Assembly: GCA_965213925.1 (NCBI GenBank)
Contig: OZ243927.1
Coordinates: 1,376,001-1,440,000 of the forward strand
DNA: 64,000 nt
Direction of reading: 5' to 3'
Origin: Trueperaceae bacterium
Lineage (GTDB): Bacteria > Deinococcota > Deinococci > Deinococcales > Trueperaceae
Below are positions 9,479 to 18,463 of the stretch, one piece after another. Below the pieces are notes generated by a model, which was not told the DNA's origin, made no database searches, and saw nothing but the letters and a program-made list of their open reading frames with translations. The first letter of the stretch is position 1; every line of letters begins with the position of its first letter. Both the position numbers and the translations under genes were made by a program.

Positions 9479-10000
9479 TCAGGCTGACGCCTCTCTTGAC
9501 GGTCCCAGCACCATGTTCATATCCATCCCTGCGATGCTCGGCGCGGATTCGACGGTGGCCATGTCCGAGACGTCGCTGGCGACGCGGTTCAAGATTTCTT
9601 GACCCAACTCGGGATGGGTGCGTTCGCGCCCGCGAAACATGATGGTAACTTTGACCTTGTGACCGCCCTTAAGAAAGCGCTTGACGTGATTGACCTTCGT
9701 GTTGTAGTCGTGGTCGTCGATCTTCACGCGGAACTTGATAGCTTTCATCTCCTGCTGACGAGACCGCTTGCGGGCCTCTTTCTCCTGCTGCTGCATCTCG
9801 TAGCGGTACTTGCCGTAGTCCATCAGTTTGGCTACCGGGGGCTGGGCTTGTTCTCCGACTAAGGCGAGGTCGAGTTCTGCGTCTCTCGCCATGCGGAGCG
9901 CGTCTCTCGTGTCGACGATGCCTTGTTGCTGACCGTCCTCCATGATGAGACGAACCTGCCGCGCCCGAATCTGCTCGTTAATCTTCAGCTCTTTAGCTAT
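9479..10000 (-). CDS. infC: Translation initiation factor IF-3 (probable non-canonical ATA start)
   Basis: INEQIRA, PPVAKLMDYGKY, KVKVTIMFRGRE; SD GGAGGT lies 7 nt before ATA at 10000. Confidence 0.97.
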   Translation of the reverse strand: MAKELKINEQIRARQVRLIMEDGQQQGIVDTRDALRMARDAELDLALVGEQAQPPVAKLMDYGKYRYEMQQQEKEARKRSRQQEMKAIKFRVKIDDHDYNTKVNHVKRFLKGGHKVKVTIMFRGRERTHPELGQEILNRVASDVSDMATVESAPSIAGMDMNMVLGPSREASA

Positions 10001-10570
10001 GGACAACACCTCCAGAAGTCTGCTGCTCGGCGGTGTCCCGTTGTGTCTGTGAAGAGCCGAACATCCTCATTGGTGGAATCGGCGCGGCTCTGTACGCAAA
10101 ACGTGGTACACCGTCGCTGCTTCTTGTGCAGCGCTCGAGTGTAGCAAATAAACGCCGCTTAATCAATGCCGTGAGCGACGGGGGCAGGGCGTACGCACGC
10201 ATACGCAAGTAACCACTGCCAGCACTACAGCTTGTTACAGCGCCTCTCGCTGCCTATTTTCGATCTGCTTAGAGACCACGCACCTATGACCGCTCCATCC
10301 AGTTGACGCTCAGCAACCCCGCGCACTCCGTCAGCATCCAGTTCCCCAGCGCCGCGCCGGGCGACTTCGTCAGCAACAGCTTCAGCACCTAGCGGGCCAG
10401 TGGGAACTCTGCGACTGCGGTCTTCTGCGAAGTGCTGGCGCGAACCACGCGACTGCGTCCAGCGGCTAGAAGGTCGCGTGGTGCACATCTACTGGGGTTG
10501 ATGAAAGAATGTTCATGGTTCTGTCACGAAAAGGGTAGTCAAGCGAGACTAAATCATGTATACTTGTCAC

Positions 10571-10636
10571 AGCTTTGAGGGTGGCATCTCCGCTACCCCG
10601 CTACCCCCCGGCGGAGACCCCTCTCAAAGTTTTTTA
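10571..10636 (+). ncRNA. Putative small RNA: long hairpin with C-rich loop ending in a U-tract
   Basis: TAGTCA-17nt-TATACT promoter (10536-10564), then GCTTTGAG..TCTCCGC-[TACCCCGCTACCCCCCG]-GCGGAGA..CTCAAAGT-TTTTT; no ORF. Confidence 0.6.
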
Positions 10637-10646
10637 TTATCTTTCC

Positions 10647-11609
10647 TCACACCTTTAAAATGAGCTTACCGATATTGCGATTTTCACGCATGACGCCGTG
10701 CGCCTTTTCTGCGTTTTGTACGTTGAAGACCTCGTCGATGATGGGCTTGATGTCACCCGCTTCCAACGCTGACCAGAATTGCGCCATCAGCGCCTCTTTG
10801 ATGCGCACCTTTTCCTCTAACGGACGAGCGCGCAAGGTTGAACCTTTGAGCGTAAGGCGTTTACCCATCAGTTTGCGAATGTCGATTTCGGCTTCTTTCC
10901 CGCTCAGCGTGGCGATGAAAACCAGGCGTCCATCTAAGTTGAGCAGTTCGATGTTGCGCGCCAAGTAGTCCGCACCCACCATGTCGAGGACGACATCTAC
11001 GCCTTCCGCTACCTCTTCTATGCGCTCGGCAAAATCCTCTTCGCGGTAGTTGACGGCTAAATCCGCGCCTAACTTCGAACAGGTCTCGACCTTCTCGTTT
11101 GTGCCAGCCGTCGCAAACACGCGGCAGCCCGCTGCTTTCGCGAGTTGGATGCCCGCCGTGCCGACGCCGCTCGCGCCGCCGTGGATAAGGGCGGTTTCGC
11201 CTCTTTGCAGGTTGCCCTCGAGAAAAAGGTTCAAAAACGCCGTGAAGAATACCTCAGGCATTCCCCCCGCCTCTTCGAAGCTCCAGCCCCCGGGAATCGG
11301 CATGAGCAAGGGGACGGGAGCCGCGACCTTTTCGGCGTAGCCGCCGCCCGTAAGCAGGACGCAGACGCGGTCTCCCACGCGCCAGTCTGTAACCCCGCCG
11401 CCGAGTTCGGCGATTTCGCCGGAGACCTCCAAACCCAAAATATTTGACGCGCCCGGCGGCGGCGGATAGTTGCCTGAACGCTGCGCTAAGTCGGCGCGGT
11501 TGATGCCCGCTGCACGCACCTTAATGAGCACCTCGTTGTCACCAAACGTGGGCGTTTCGACCTCTTGCCAGGCGAGGGACTTGTCAGCTTGAACTGTAAT
11601 AGCTTTCAT
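10647..11609 (-). CDS. NAD(P)H-quinone oxidoreductase (PIG3/zeta-crystallin family)
   Basis: AAGINRADLAQRSGNYPPPPGAS.ILGLE, HGGASGVG, GSTLRAR. Confidence 0.95.
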   Translation of the reverse strand: MKAITVQADKSLAWQEVETPTFGDNEVLIKVRAAGINRADLAQRSGNYPPPPGASNILGLEVSGEIAELGGGVTDWRVGDRVCVLLTGGGYAEKVAAPVPLLMPIPGGWSFEEAGGMPEVFFTAFLNLFLEGNLQRGETALIHGGASGVGTAGIQLAKAAGCRVFATAGTNEKVETCSKLGADLAVNYREEDFAERIEEVAEGVDVVLDMVGADYLARNIELLNLDGRLVFIATLSGKEAEIDIRKLMGKRLTLKGSTLRARPLEEKVRIKEALMAQFWSALEAGDIKPIIDEVFNVQNAEKAHGVMRENRNIGKLILKV

Positions 11610-11896
11610 GGCTCAGGGTATCAGGTTCGTGGAGTGGGTAGCAGAACTTGGGCGAGCTAAACCGAAAAACCGGTGGACCGGTAGAAAGGGATCAGAATGT
11701 AGGGATCAGCCTAAAAACGCCGCTGAATTCTGACCCCTGATAGCATCGGCATCTGTCGTTGACACACTGCGAGCGTCTATTGGTACTCGCATCCGCTCGG
11801 ATTTCCTCGACAGGTGTGTCAAGGAAGCCTGCAAATGCTACGACTACTGTTCCTCGCACTGCCTTTTTTACGCAGCAAAACAGCCACAATAACACC

Positions 11897-12265
11897 ATGT
11901 CCTTTAACCTCTTCTTCACCCTTCACGGCGTCGTTACGCTCCTCACCGCGGTCGCCTTTCTCTTTACGCCGGGCGTCATGCTCGTCCTTTTCGGCACGCC
12001 CGCAAACCCCGCTATCAACCTCGTCACGCAGCTTTTAGGGGCGGCGTTCGTAGGTATAGGCGGGATCGCGCTCGCGGCGGGGCGCGTCGGCAGTGCTGAG
12101 TTTAAGCGCACCGTCGCGCTAGTTTTGCTGATCGCTAGCGTGCTGGGCTTTATCGTCAGCCTCGTCGGGCAGTTTCGCGGCGTGACGGGTCCGGTGGGCT
12201 GGGGCGCGGTGCTGATTTACGGAACGCTCACGGTAGGATATAGCGTATTCGTCGCGCGGGAGTAG
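11897..12265 (+). CDS. Small four-helix membrane protein, unknown function
   Basis: Four hydrophobic segments starting at MSFNLFF; in-frame ATG preceded by CACAAT-N6. Confidence 0.7.
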   Translation: MSFNLFFTLHGVVTLLTAVAFLFTPGVMLVLFGTPANPAINLVTQLLGAAFVGIGGIALAAGRVGSAEFKRTVALVLLIASVLGFIVSLVGQFRGVTGPVGWGAVLIYGTLTVGYSVFVARE

Positions 12266-12349
12266 CCCTAAGAATCTCCACATTCAGATACGTACGGGGC
12301 GATACGTCTCGACCTCTTGCCGAACTGCGCGCAGCAGCCCTAGACCTCT

Positions 12350-12600
12350 TTAATCCGCCGCCCCAGGACGCCCCGATGACTCCTCTCGCTCACCACCCCT
12401 AGCCGCCACCATCTCCGGCGTAACGGGCTCAGCCTCGTTGCCCCAAGAGGTGCGTACAGAAGAGATTACGGTGGCGATCTCTTCGTTAGAGTCGCTCGCG
12501 AAGCTTGGCATCCCGCCGCGCCCGTTCAGGAGAATCTGGACGACGCCCTCGGGGGCTCCGGTGACGACTTCGCTGCCGACGAGCAGTGCGCTGCTAGCCA
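12350..12600 (-). pseudogene. C-terminal fragment of a class I cytochrome c
   Basis: ILLNGRGGMPSF..SNEEIATVISSVRTSWGNEA.PVTPE.V resembles the axial-Met half; no CxxCH; 5' end abuts a repeat element. Confidence 0.7.
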
Positions 12601-12767
12601 AACTTCGCGACACCTACGAACGCCACCCTGTTCATGAAGTCTCTAGCGAGAGCGGTTTCGTGCAGTTACGAAGGTTTCGCAGTCGCGTGGTCCCGCGTCA
12701 CTTCGTTCCCGCTAGCTTGCGAAACGCGAAGCCTTGCGTAGTCGAGGGGTCTCGTCCGCGACCCCCT

Positions 12768-13121
12768 TTAACCCCTCGCCCAGGTGCGCGCCTTGTCCTC
12801 CTCCTCCGGTCCGAAGGTTTTCACCTTCGCGTCTGTCAGGGGTGAGGCGAGGTCGGTGGCGGCGTCTTCCCAACTTTCGTCGCCCACCACGGCGACTTTC
12901 TCGAAGTCGTTCAGGTGTTCTGCGTCGAACTTGAGGTCTTCCCACAAGGCTCCGGGGGTCGCCCCCTCAAACCGGGTGATGTCTAAAAGCAGTCTGACTC
13001 TGCCGTGCTCGTTGATGAGTTCCTCGAGCCTCGGCACCACCCGCTCGTAGTCCTCTTCGCTCACCTCACCGTCAGTGCGAATCACGGCGAGTTTAGGCGC
13101 TTCGATGCTTAGCTCGTACAT
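12768..13121 (-). CDS. SpoIIAA-like (STAS/SEC14) domain protein
   Basis: DGEVSEEDY..HGRVRLLLD..ALWEDLKF..KVAVVGD..W..ARTW; AAAGGGGA SD before ATG at 13121. Confidence 0.85.
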   Translation of the reverse strand: MYELSIEAPKLAVIRTDGEVSEEDYERVVPRLEELINEHGRVRLLLDITRFEGATPGALWEDLKFDAEHLNDFEKVAVVGDESWEDAATDLASPLTDAKVKTFGPEEEDKARTWARG

Positions 13122-13707
13122 GATTTCCCCTTTCACCCCCACTCTAAAGCGCCGCCGCTCATCCGACTGCGGCGCAAACGCAAAAGCGCTCGGCGGCGCG
13201 CCTCGCCACGAGCGGATGGGTTCGTCCGGTATGCTGGTCAACGTTCCCACTTCGTCCGCTTCGCTACAGGTCTCACTTATCTCGGCGAGCCGCACCTGCA
13301 CCTCACGGACAAGCGACGCGAAGCGGTCTACTTCGCCCGCGATGCGCTGCAGATTGCGTTCGGGGCTCGAGCCGCCGCTGCAATTTTGTAGGATCACATT
13401 GACTAAGCAGCGCGCGACCTCCTCTTCTAACGGGGCGTCACACGCTCCGCCGGGCTCTACACCATTGTACGCGCGGCTAAAAAAATCGCTTGGGTAAGTT
13501 TCATCGATGAGACGTATAAATATATCTAGTGAGCAGGTATTGTAATACTTTTGCATAGGTTTAAGTGCGCCACTTTTAATCCACGTGTATTGTTATTTTT
13601 CTTATTTTGTGGAAAAATTCACTTGGAGTCAGGACGTTGAGAACGTTTGACCGGAGGAGTGTCGGCGCTGCTCAAATCTCGAGGCGGCGGATTTCTTAGA
13701 GTGAATT

Positions 13708-14364
13708 ATGAAAAAACTTTTGGTGACGGGCGGCAACGGCTTCATCGGCGGCGAGGTCTGCAAAGTCGCGTTAGGCCGAGGCTACGAGGTCGTCGGCGTA
13801 GCGAGGAGCGGTGCGCCCGACTTAGACGAGCCTTGGGTAAAGGAAGTCACATGGGTCTCCGCAGACCTTTTAGAACCTAACCTCTGGCGAGCCCACCTAG
13901 CGGGTTGTGACGCCTTAGTGCACTGTATCGGCATCCTTAAAGAGAAGCCGGACAAGGGCGTGACCTTTAGGCGCATCAACGGGGACAGCGCCATCGTCGC
14001 AGCGGAAGAGGCGGAGCGAGCGGGCGTGGGCACGTTCGTGTTCGTGTCCGCTTCCACCACGCCGCCCACGGTCGATGAAGCCTATCTGGAACACAAACGC
14101 CGCGCCGAAGGGGAGATCGCGAAGAGGCGCTTGCGCCCCGTTATCTTGCGCCCCTCGCTCGTATACGGTTCCAGACGACCTCTTTCCAACGTCGTCGGCA
14201 AAGCGGTCCAGTTCGCACAGGAAATCCCCGGCGTGCCGAATGAGGACCGTCCGATGTCGGTTGCGACCTTAGCAGAGGCGGCGGTGAACGCCGCTCTTAA
14301 AGAAGAGGTTACAGGCATTTTGGACATCGGTGCAATTGAAACGCTGGGCAGTACTCAAGGATAG
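13708..14364 (+). CDS. NAD(P)H-binding atypical SDR / epimerase-family protein
   Basis: VTGGNGFIG, YLEHK, LRPSLVYG. Confidence 0.9.
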   Translation: MKKLLVTGGNGFIGGEVCKVALGRGYEVVGVARSGAPDLDEPWVKEVTWVSADLLEPNLWRAHLAGCDALVHCIGILKEKPDKGVTFRRINGDSAIVAAEEAERAGVGTFVFVSASTTPPTVDEAYLEHKRRAEGEIAKRRLRPVILRPSLVYGSRRPLSNVVGKAVQFAQEIPGVPNEDRPMSVATLAEAAVNAALKEEVTGILDIGAIETLGSTQG

Positions 14365-14723
14365 AGCTGCTCACCCTCTTGACGAACTCGCGCGACAAAT
14401 TCGGCGGCTTTCCCTGCTTCTGGCGCGTTGAACCGCGAGAGCGTCCAGAAGGTCGGGGCGAGCTGGCGTCCGCACTCGAGAAACAGCCCATACGTCTCGT
14501 TAAAAAGGTCACGCTGTACCTCTTCGGGAACAGGCTCTTGGCTCAGAACCAAAAGGTCAACGTCCGAGCGCATCGGCATTTTTTGGGACCACATATCCCC
14601 CCTAGCGGCGGGACCAAAAAGCCAGATTTGCTTCAAGTTCTCGCCTAAGCGCTTCCGGATAAGGTCGAGATAACGGCGGACACACCCTCTTTCCTCTTTG
14701 CTTAAATACCCTAAGCTTTCCAT
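14355..14723 (-). CDS. Minimal nucleotidyltransferase (MNT) domain protein
   Basis: IWLFGPAARGD...SDVDLLVL; 122 aa; C-terminal V.QEG. Confidence 0.8.
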   Translation of the reverse strand: MESLGYLSKEERGCVRRYLDLIRKRLGENLKQIWLFGPAARGDMWSQKMPMRSDVDLLVLSQEPVPEEVQRDLFNETYGLFLECGRQLAPTFWTLSRFNAPEAGKAAEFVARVRQEGEQLYP

Positions 14724-14729
14724 CCAAAT

Positions 14730-15533
14730 CTAAGCGATCACCCGCTTGCGCATCCGCCACACGCTGAACGCGCAGAGCGCCGCGCCAACGCCAAGTAGAT
14801 ACAGCGCACTCCACAAAAGCCCCGCCGCATCTGCGTTCACGATACCGCGCAGGAGCTGAACACCGTGATAGAGCGGCGTCGCCTTGGCGACCGCCACCAA
14901 AAGGTCCGGGAAACGCTCCTCGACGGGGAAGAAAATATCTGAGAAGAGAAACGAGGGCGTCACGAACATGATGAAGAAGTAGGTGAAGAGGTCGATGCTT
15001 TTGACAACCGACGTGAACGCTAAGCCGATGGCGGAAAAGCAAAACCCTGTGAGGATGATGGCGAAGGGTGCGAGCAGCAGCCAAGGCGTGAGCGGTACGC
15101 CGAAGAAGAGCGTGATGACGAGAAAGATCGTGCCGTACATAAACGAGCGCGTCACCGCCCAGAGCGTCTCGCCGATAACGACATCTTCCATATTGACGCG
15201 CGTCGCCACCATCGCGTCATAAATCTTGCCAAAGTAGAGCTTGACGAAGACGTTGTAGGTCGTCTCGAAGACCGCGCCGTTCATCGCAGAGGCGGCGACT
15301 AAACCGGGCGCGATATAGGCGACGTAGCCGTTTTCGAACGTACCACCGCCTGAGACGTATGCGCCCAAGCCCACCCCGAGACCTAAAAGGTAAAAGACCG
15401 GCTCGAAGAAGTTGGGCACGAGCGAGTACATCCAGCGGTGCTTGTAGACGCGGGCGTTGCGCTCCCAGACGCGCCACGCGCCCGTTAGAGAGATCAGCTT
15501 GCGGGAGCCGTAGTTCGAACTAGTCATTGCCAT
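14730..15533 (-). CDS. ABC-2 type exporter permease (NodJ-like)
   Basis: W.RN..VY, EPVFYLLGLG.GLG, YIAPGL.A.SAM, FFP, PLYH; AGGAG SD before ATG at 15533. Confidence 0.9.
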   Translation of the reverse strand: MAMTSSNYGSRKLISLTGAWRVWERNARVYKHRWMYSLVPNFFEPVFYLLGLGVGLGAYVSGGGTFENGYVAYIAPGLVAASAMNGAVFETTYNVFVKLYFGKIYDAMVATRVNMEDVVIGETLWAVTRSFMYGTIFLVITLFFGVPLTPWLLLAPFAIILTGFCFSAIGLAFTSVVKSIDLFTYFFIMFVTPSFLFSDIFFPVEERFPDLLVAVAKATPLYHGVQLLRGIVNADAAGLLWSALYLLGVGAALCAFSVWRMRKRVIA

Positions 15534-15577
15534 CTTCATCTCCTGACTTCTGCAGCGAAGCAACCACACGAACGCGC

Positions 15578-16381
15578 TCACTCAGCGAGCTTCAAGATTC
15601 GTAGTGCGCCTTGTATGACGACGAAAAAGACGACCGCGCCCACGACGAGGTCCGGTATACCTGAGTTCAACCAAGCTACCAAAAGCCCCGCTACGATGAC
15701 GCCGAGGTTGATAACCACGTCGTTACTCGTGAAGATCATGCTGGCTTTCATGTGCACCTCTTGACTCTGCGAACGCTGCAAGAGGTAGAGGCACGCGCCG
15801 TTGGCGACGAGTGCGAAGAGGGAGACGACGATCATTGTCTGAAAGTTAGGGGGCGTCTCGAACCCGAGGGAGCGCCGCACGATCTCGAGAAACCCCAGCC
15901 CCGCCAAGAAGAGCTGAAAGTAGCCGCTGGCTTTCGCGATGGTCCTCTTGCGGGCGAACGCCGCCCCGACTGCCGCCAAGCTCAGCGCGTAGACCGTCGC
16001 GTCGGCGAGCATGTCCAGGCTGTCCGCCACGAGCCCCACCGAGCCGGAGAGGAGCCCGAACGCCGCTTCAACGACGAAAAACGCAGCGTTGATGAGGAGC
16101 ACTGCCCACAGCACCTTGCGCTCTGCGTGTGATGACGCCTCCCGTACTCCCATCTCCGCTCGGCTTACCGGCTCGGTTTTGAGCAACCTCGAGCCCAAGT
16201 TAAGCTGCGCGACCGCCCGCTCGACGGTACTCGGTTCTCCTTCGTGAAAGACGGTCAACCGCCGCGCGGATAGGTCGAATGAGAGCTGCTCAACTCCCTC
16301 CACACGGTCCAGAATCATCCGCACTAAGTTCTCCTCGGCGGCGCAGTCCATTTTAGAAACCTTAAACTCCAGCTTTTGCAT
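15578..16381 (-). CDS. HMA-domain fused cation diffusion facilitator-like metal transporter
   Basis: N-terminal MDCAAEE HMA-like motif; ADSLDMLADA and HMKASMIFTSND transmembrane motifs. Confidence 0.85.
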   Translation of the reverse strand: MQKLEFKVSKMDCAAEENLVRMILDRVEGVEQLSFDLSARRLTVFHEGEPSTVERAVAQLNLGSRLLKTEPVSRAEMGVREASSHAERKVLWAVLLINAAFFVVEAAFGLLSGSVGLVADSLDMLADATVYALSLAAVGAAFARKRTIAKASGYFQLFLAGLGFLEIVRRSLGFETPPNFQTMIVVSLFALVANGACLYLLQRSQSQEVHMKASMIFTSNDVVINLGVIVAGLLVAWLNSGIPDLVVGAVVFFVVIQGALRILKLAE

Positions 16382-16396
16382 ATCGTTCCCTAGCTC

Positions 16397-17374
16397 TTAC
16401 CCTTCTCTAAGCGCCCGCCCCGTCAGCTTCAAAAACACATCCTCCAAGTTCCCCGGACGAATAAATACGTTTCTAAAATGAAACCCTGCCGCCTCCAAGT
16501 CGTCAATTGTCTTTCGCCCATCGTCGGTGAAGATGCTGACGCGCTCGCCCGCTTTCTGGGCGGAGAGACCTAGGCGGGTTGCGGTGTGCTCGAGCCTCTC
16601 AAAATTCACTCCATCAAGCCGCGCCTCCACCACTTCGGGCGACACGTGTTCTTTCACGAGCTGGCGCGGCGAGCCCTCCGCTACGATCTCGCCCTGGTCC
16701 ATGATCACGAGCCGGTCGCATAACCTTTCGGCTTCGTCCATGTAGTGCGTCGTCATGATGAGGGTGACGCCTCGGGCGCGGAGTTCGTCTAGCTTGTCCC
16801 ATAAGGTAATGCGTACCTGTGGGTCCAAGCCCGTCGTGGGCTCGTCTAAAATCACGATTTTCGGGTCGTTCATCAGACCTCTTGCCAACGTTAAGCGGCG
16901 CTTCATGCCGCCCGACAGCTCGCGGATTTGGGCGTGTTTTCTGCTGTTAAGCTCGAGAAACTCGAGTAGCTCCTCCGCTCGCTCCTCCGCTACGTTCGGC
17001 GCGATTTCGTTGAAGCGGGCGTAGATGAGCAGGTTGTCCAGCACACTCAGCTCCTCGTCCAAATTATCGAGCTGCGGCACGACGCCGAGCCCCGCCTTGA
17101 TTTGACGGTCCGCCTCACCCGCCGTAAAACCCATCACCGACAGCGCGCCTTCAGAAAGCGGCGTCACGCGGTAAATCATGCGCATGGTCGTTGACTTGCC
17201 CGCGCCGTTGGGTCCCAACATCCCAAAAAACTCACCCGCGTAAACGTCGAAGTCAATCCCTGCGACGGCGTTTAGCTCGCCGTAGCGTTTCGTCAAACCT
17301 CTCGCCTCGACGATCGTCGATCTTTTCTCTTCTCTAATGTCATCCTCTCGCTCAACCTCTTGAACCGCGCTCAA
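16397..17374 (-). CDS. ABC exporter ATP-binding protein (NodI-like)
   Basis: GPNGAGKST, VVPQLDNLD, LSGGMKRRL, DEPTTGLDPQ, NLEDVFLKLTGR; start uncertain (TTG at 17374 has a GAGGT SD). Confidence 0.92.
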   Translation of the reverse strand: MSAVQEVEREDDIREEKRSTIVEARGLTKRYGELNAVAGIDFDVYAGEFFGMLGPNGAGKSTTMRMIYRVTPLSEGALSVMGFTAGEADRQIKAGLGVVPQLDNLDEELSVLDNLLIYARFNEIAPNVAEERAEELLEFLELNSRKHAQIRELSGGMKRRLTLARGLMNDPKIVILDEPTTGLDPQVRITLWDKLDELRARGVTLIMTTHYMDEAERLCDRLVIMDQGEIVAEGSPRQLVKEHVSPEVVEARLDGVNFERLEHTATRLGLSAQKAGERVSIFTDDGRKTIDDLEAAGFHFRNVFIRPGNLEDVFLKLTGRALREG

Positions 17375-17518
17375 TGTAGCACCTCGAGCCTCATCATAAG
17401 ACCTCTTCACGGCTTGTGGGTGTAGGCGAGAACGCACCCATTCATACCGCAGAAACCGTGTGCTGACGCGCTATCCTCCCCTCTCTTCCCCTGCTACGTT
17501 TTGGATGGAGGACCTATC

Positions 17519-17737
17519 ATGGGTAGCTACAACAAGGGCGACACTGTTTCTTGGTCTTGGGGCAACGGGCGCGCCTCGGGTAAGATTACCGAGAAACATA
17601 AAGATGACGTCACAAAGACGATCAAGGGCAACGAGGTCACGAAGCACGGCACCGAAGACAACCCCGCCATCCTCATCGAGCAAGATGACGGGACGCAGGT
17701 ACTGAAGCTCGAGAGTGAAGTCGAGAAGGAGTCTTAA
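17519..17737 (+). CDS. DUF2945 / HVA1 Tudor-like small protein
   Basis: GDTVSWSWGNG.A.GKI...TIKG.EV...G..DNPA..IEQDDG..VLK; GGAGG SD. Confidence 0.8.
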   Translation: MGSYNKGDTVSWSWGNGRASGKITEKHKDDVTKTIKGNEVTKHGTEDNPAILIEQDDGTQVLKLESEVEKES

Positions 17738-18010
17738 ATGGCAGACAGCAAAACGACCACCGACCACGACACCATTAAGAAATGGACTGAGGAGAGGAAC
17801 GGACACCCCGCCACTGTGGAAAGCACCGCCGAAGGGGACGAAGCAGGCGTCCTACGCATCGAGTTTGAGCAGGGCGATAGCGACGCGCTTAAAGAGATTA
17901 GCTGGGACGAATTTTTCAGCAAGTTCGAAGAGGAGAACTTGGCGTTTCTGTACCAGGAAGAGACGAGTGACGGCAGTGCGAGCCGTTTTTTCAAGCTGGT
18001 CAGCCGCTAG
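17738..18010 (+). CDS. Conserved small acidic hypothetical protein
   Basis: TTDHDTIKKW.EER.G.PA.V...GVLRI.F..ISWDEFF.KFEE..LAFLYQ; GGAG SD; abuts the upstream gene. Confidence 0.75.
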   Translation: MADSKTTTDHDTIKKWTEERNGHPATVESTAEGDEAGVLRIEFEQGDSDALKEISWDEFFSKFEEENLAFLYQEETSDGSASRFFKLVSR

Positions 18011-18056
18011 CACTGTCTAAGCTGAAGGTGTATAAAGAGCCCTGAAAGGAGACGCT

Positions 18057-18311
18057 ATGGGCATCATTTTGTGGATTATCTTCGGCGCGCTCGCAGGTTG
18101 GATCGCGAGCTTAATCGTCGGTACGAACGACCAGCAGGGGTGTCTACTCGACATCATCGTGGGCATAATTGGAGCTTTCATCGGCGGCTTCGTGTTCTCA
18201 CGTCTTATCGGGGTGGGCATATCGGGGTTTAATTTCTCTAGTTTACTCGTGGCAATCGCCGGCGCGGTGATTTTGCTCTTCATTGTGAAGGCGATCCAGA
18301 GGCGGACCTGA
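18057..18311 (+). CDS. GlsB/YeaQ/YmgE transglycosylase-associated stress membrane protein
   Basis: WIIFGALAGWIAS...IIVGIIGAFIGG...AIAGAVILL; AGGAG SD. Confidence 0.92.
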   Translation: MGIILWIIFGALAGWIASLIVGTNDQQGCLLDIIVGIIGAFIGGFVFSRLIGVGISGFNFSSLLVAIAGAVILLFIVKAIQRRT

Positions 18312-18342
18312 GCACATTTAAGAGGTGCAGAGAATTCAAGAA

Positions 18343-18441
18343 GGTGTAGGGGAGATTCATGAATCTCCCCTACACCAGCGTTGCATTCGGCTGCAGCGAA
18401 ACGCAGCGATGTGTAGGGGCGGGTTTCAAACCCGCCCCTAC
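18343..18441. repeat. Pair of GTAG-type REP palindromes
   Basis: Perfect 34-bp palindrome GGTGTAGGGGAGATTCATGAATCTCCCCTACACC and GTAGGGGCGGGTTTCAAACCCGCCCCTAC. Confidence 0.85.
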
Positions 18442-18463
18442 GCTGCTACGGCGGTTCTTTGAA

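Noticed and set aside
10225..10488. 87-aa minus-strand ORF
   Set aside because: Largely made of a dispersed repeat; no SD or motif
11753..11822. TTGACACAC...GTGTGTCAA enclosing two small hairpins (possible riboswitch)
   Set aside because: No recognisable aptamer consensus, promoter or expression platform; may be a decayed coding relic
14355..14723. Complete MNT-HEPN toxin-antitoxin system
   Set aside because: No HEPN ORF adjacent
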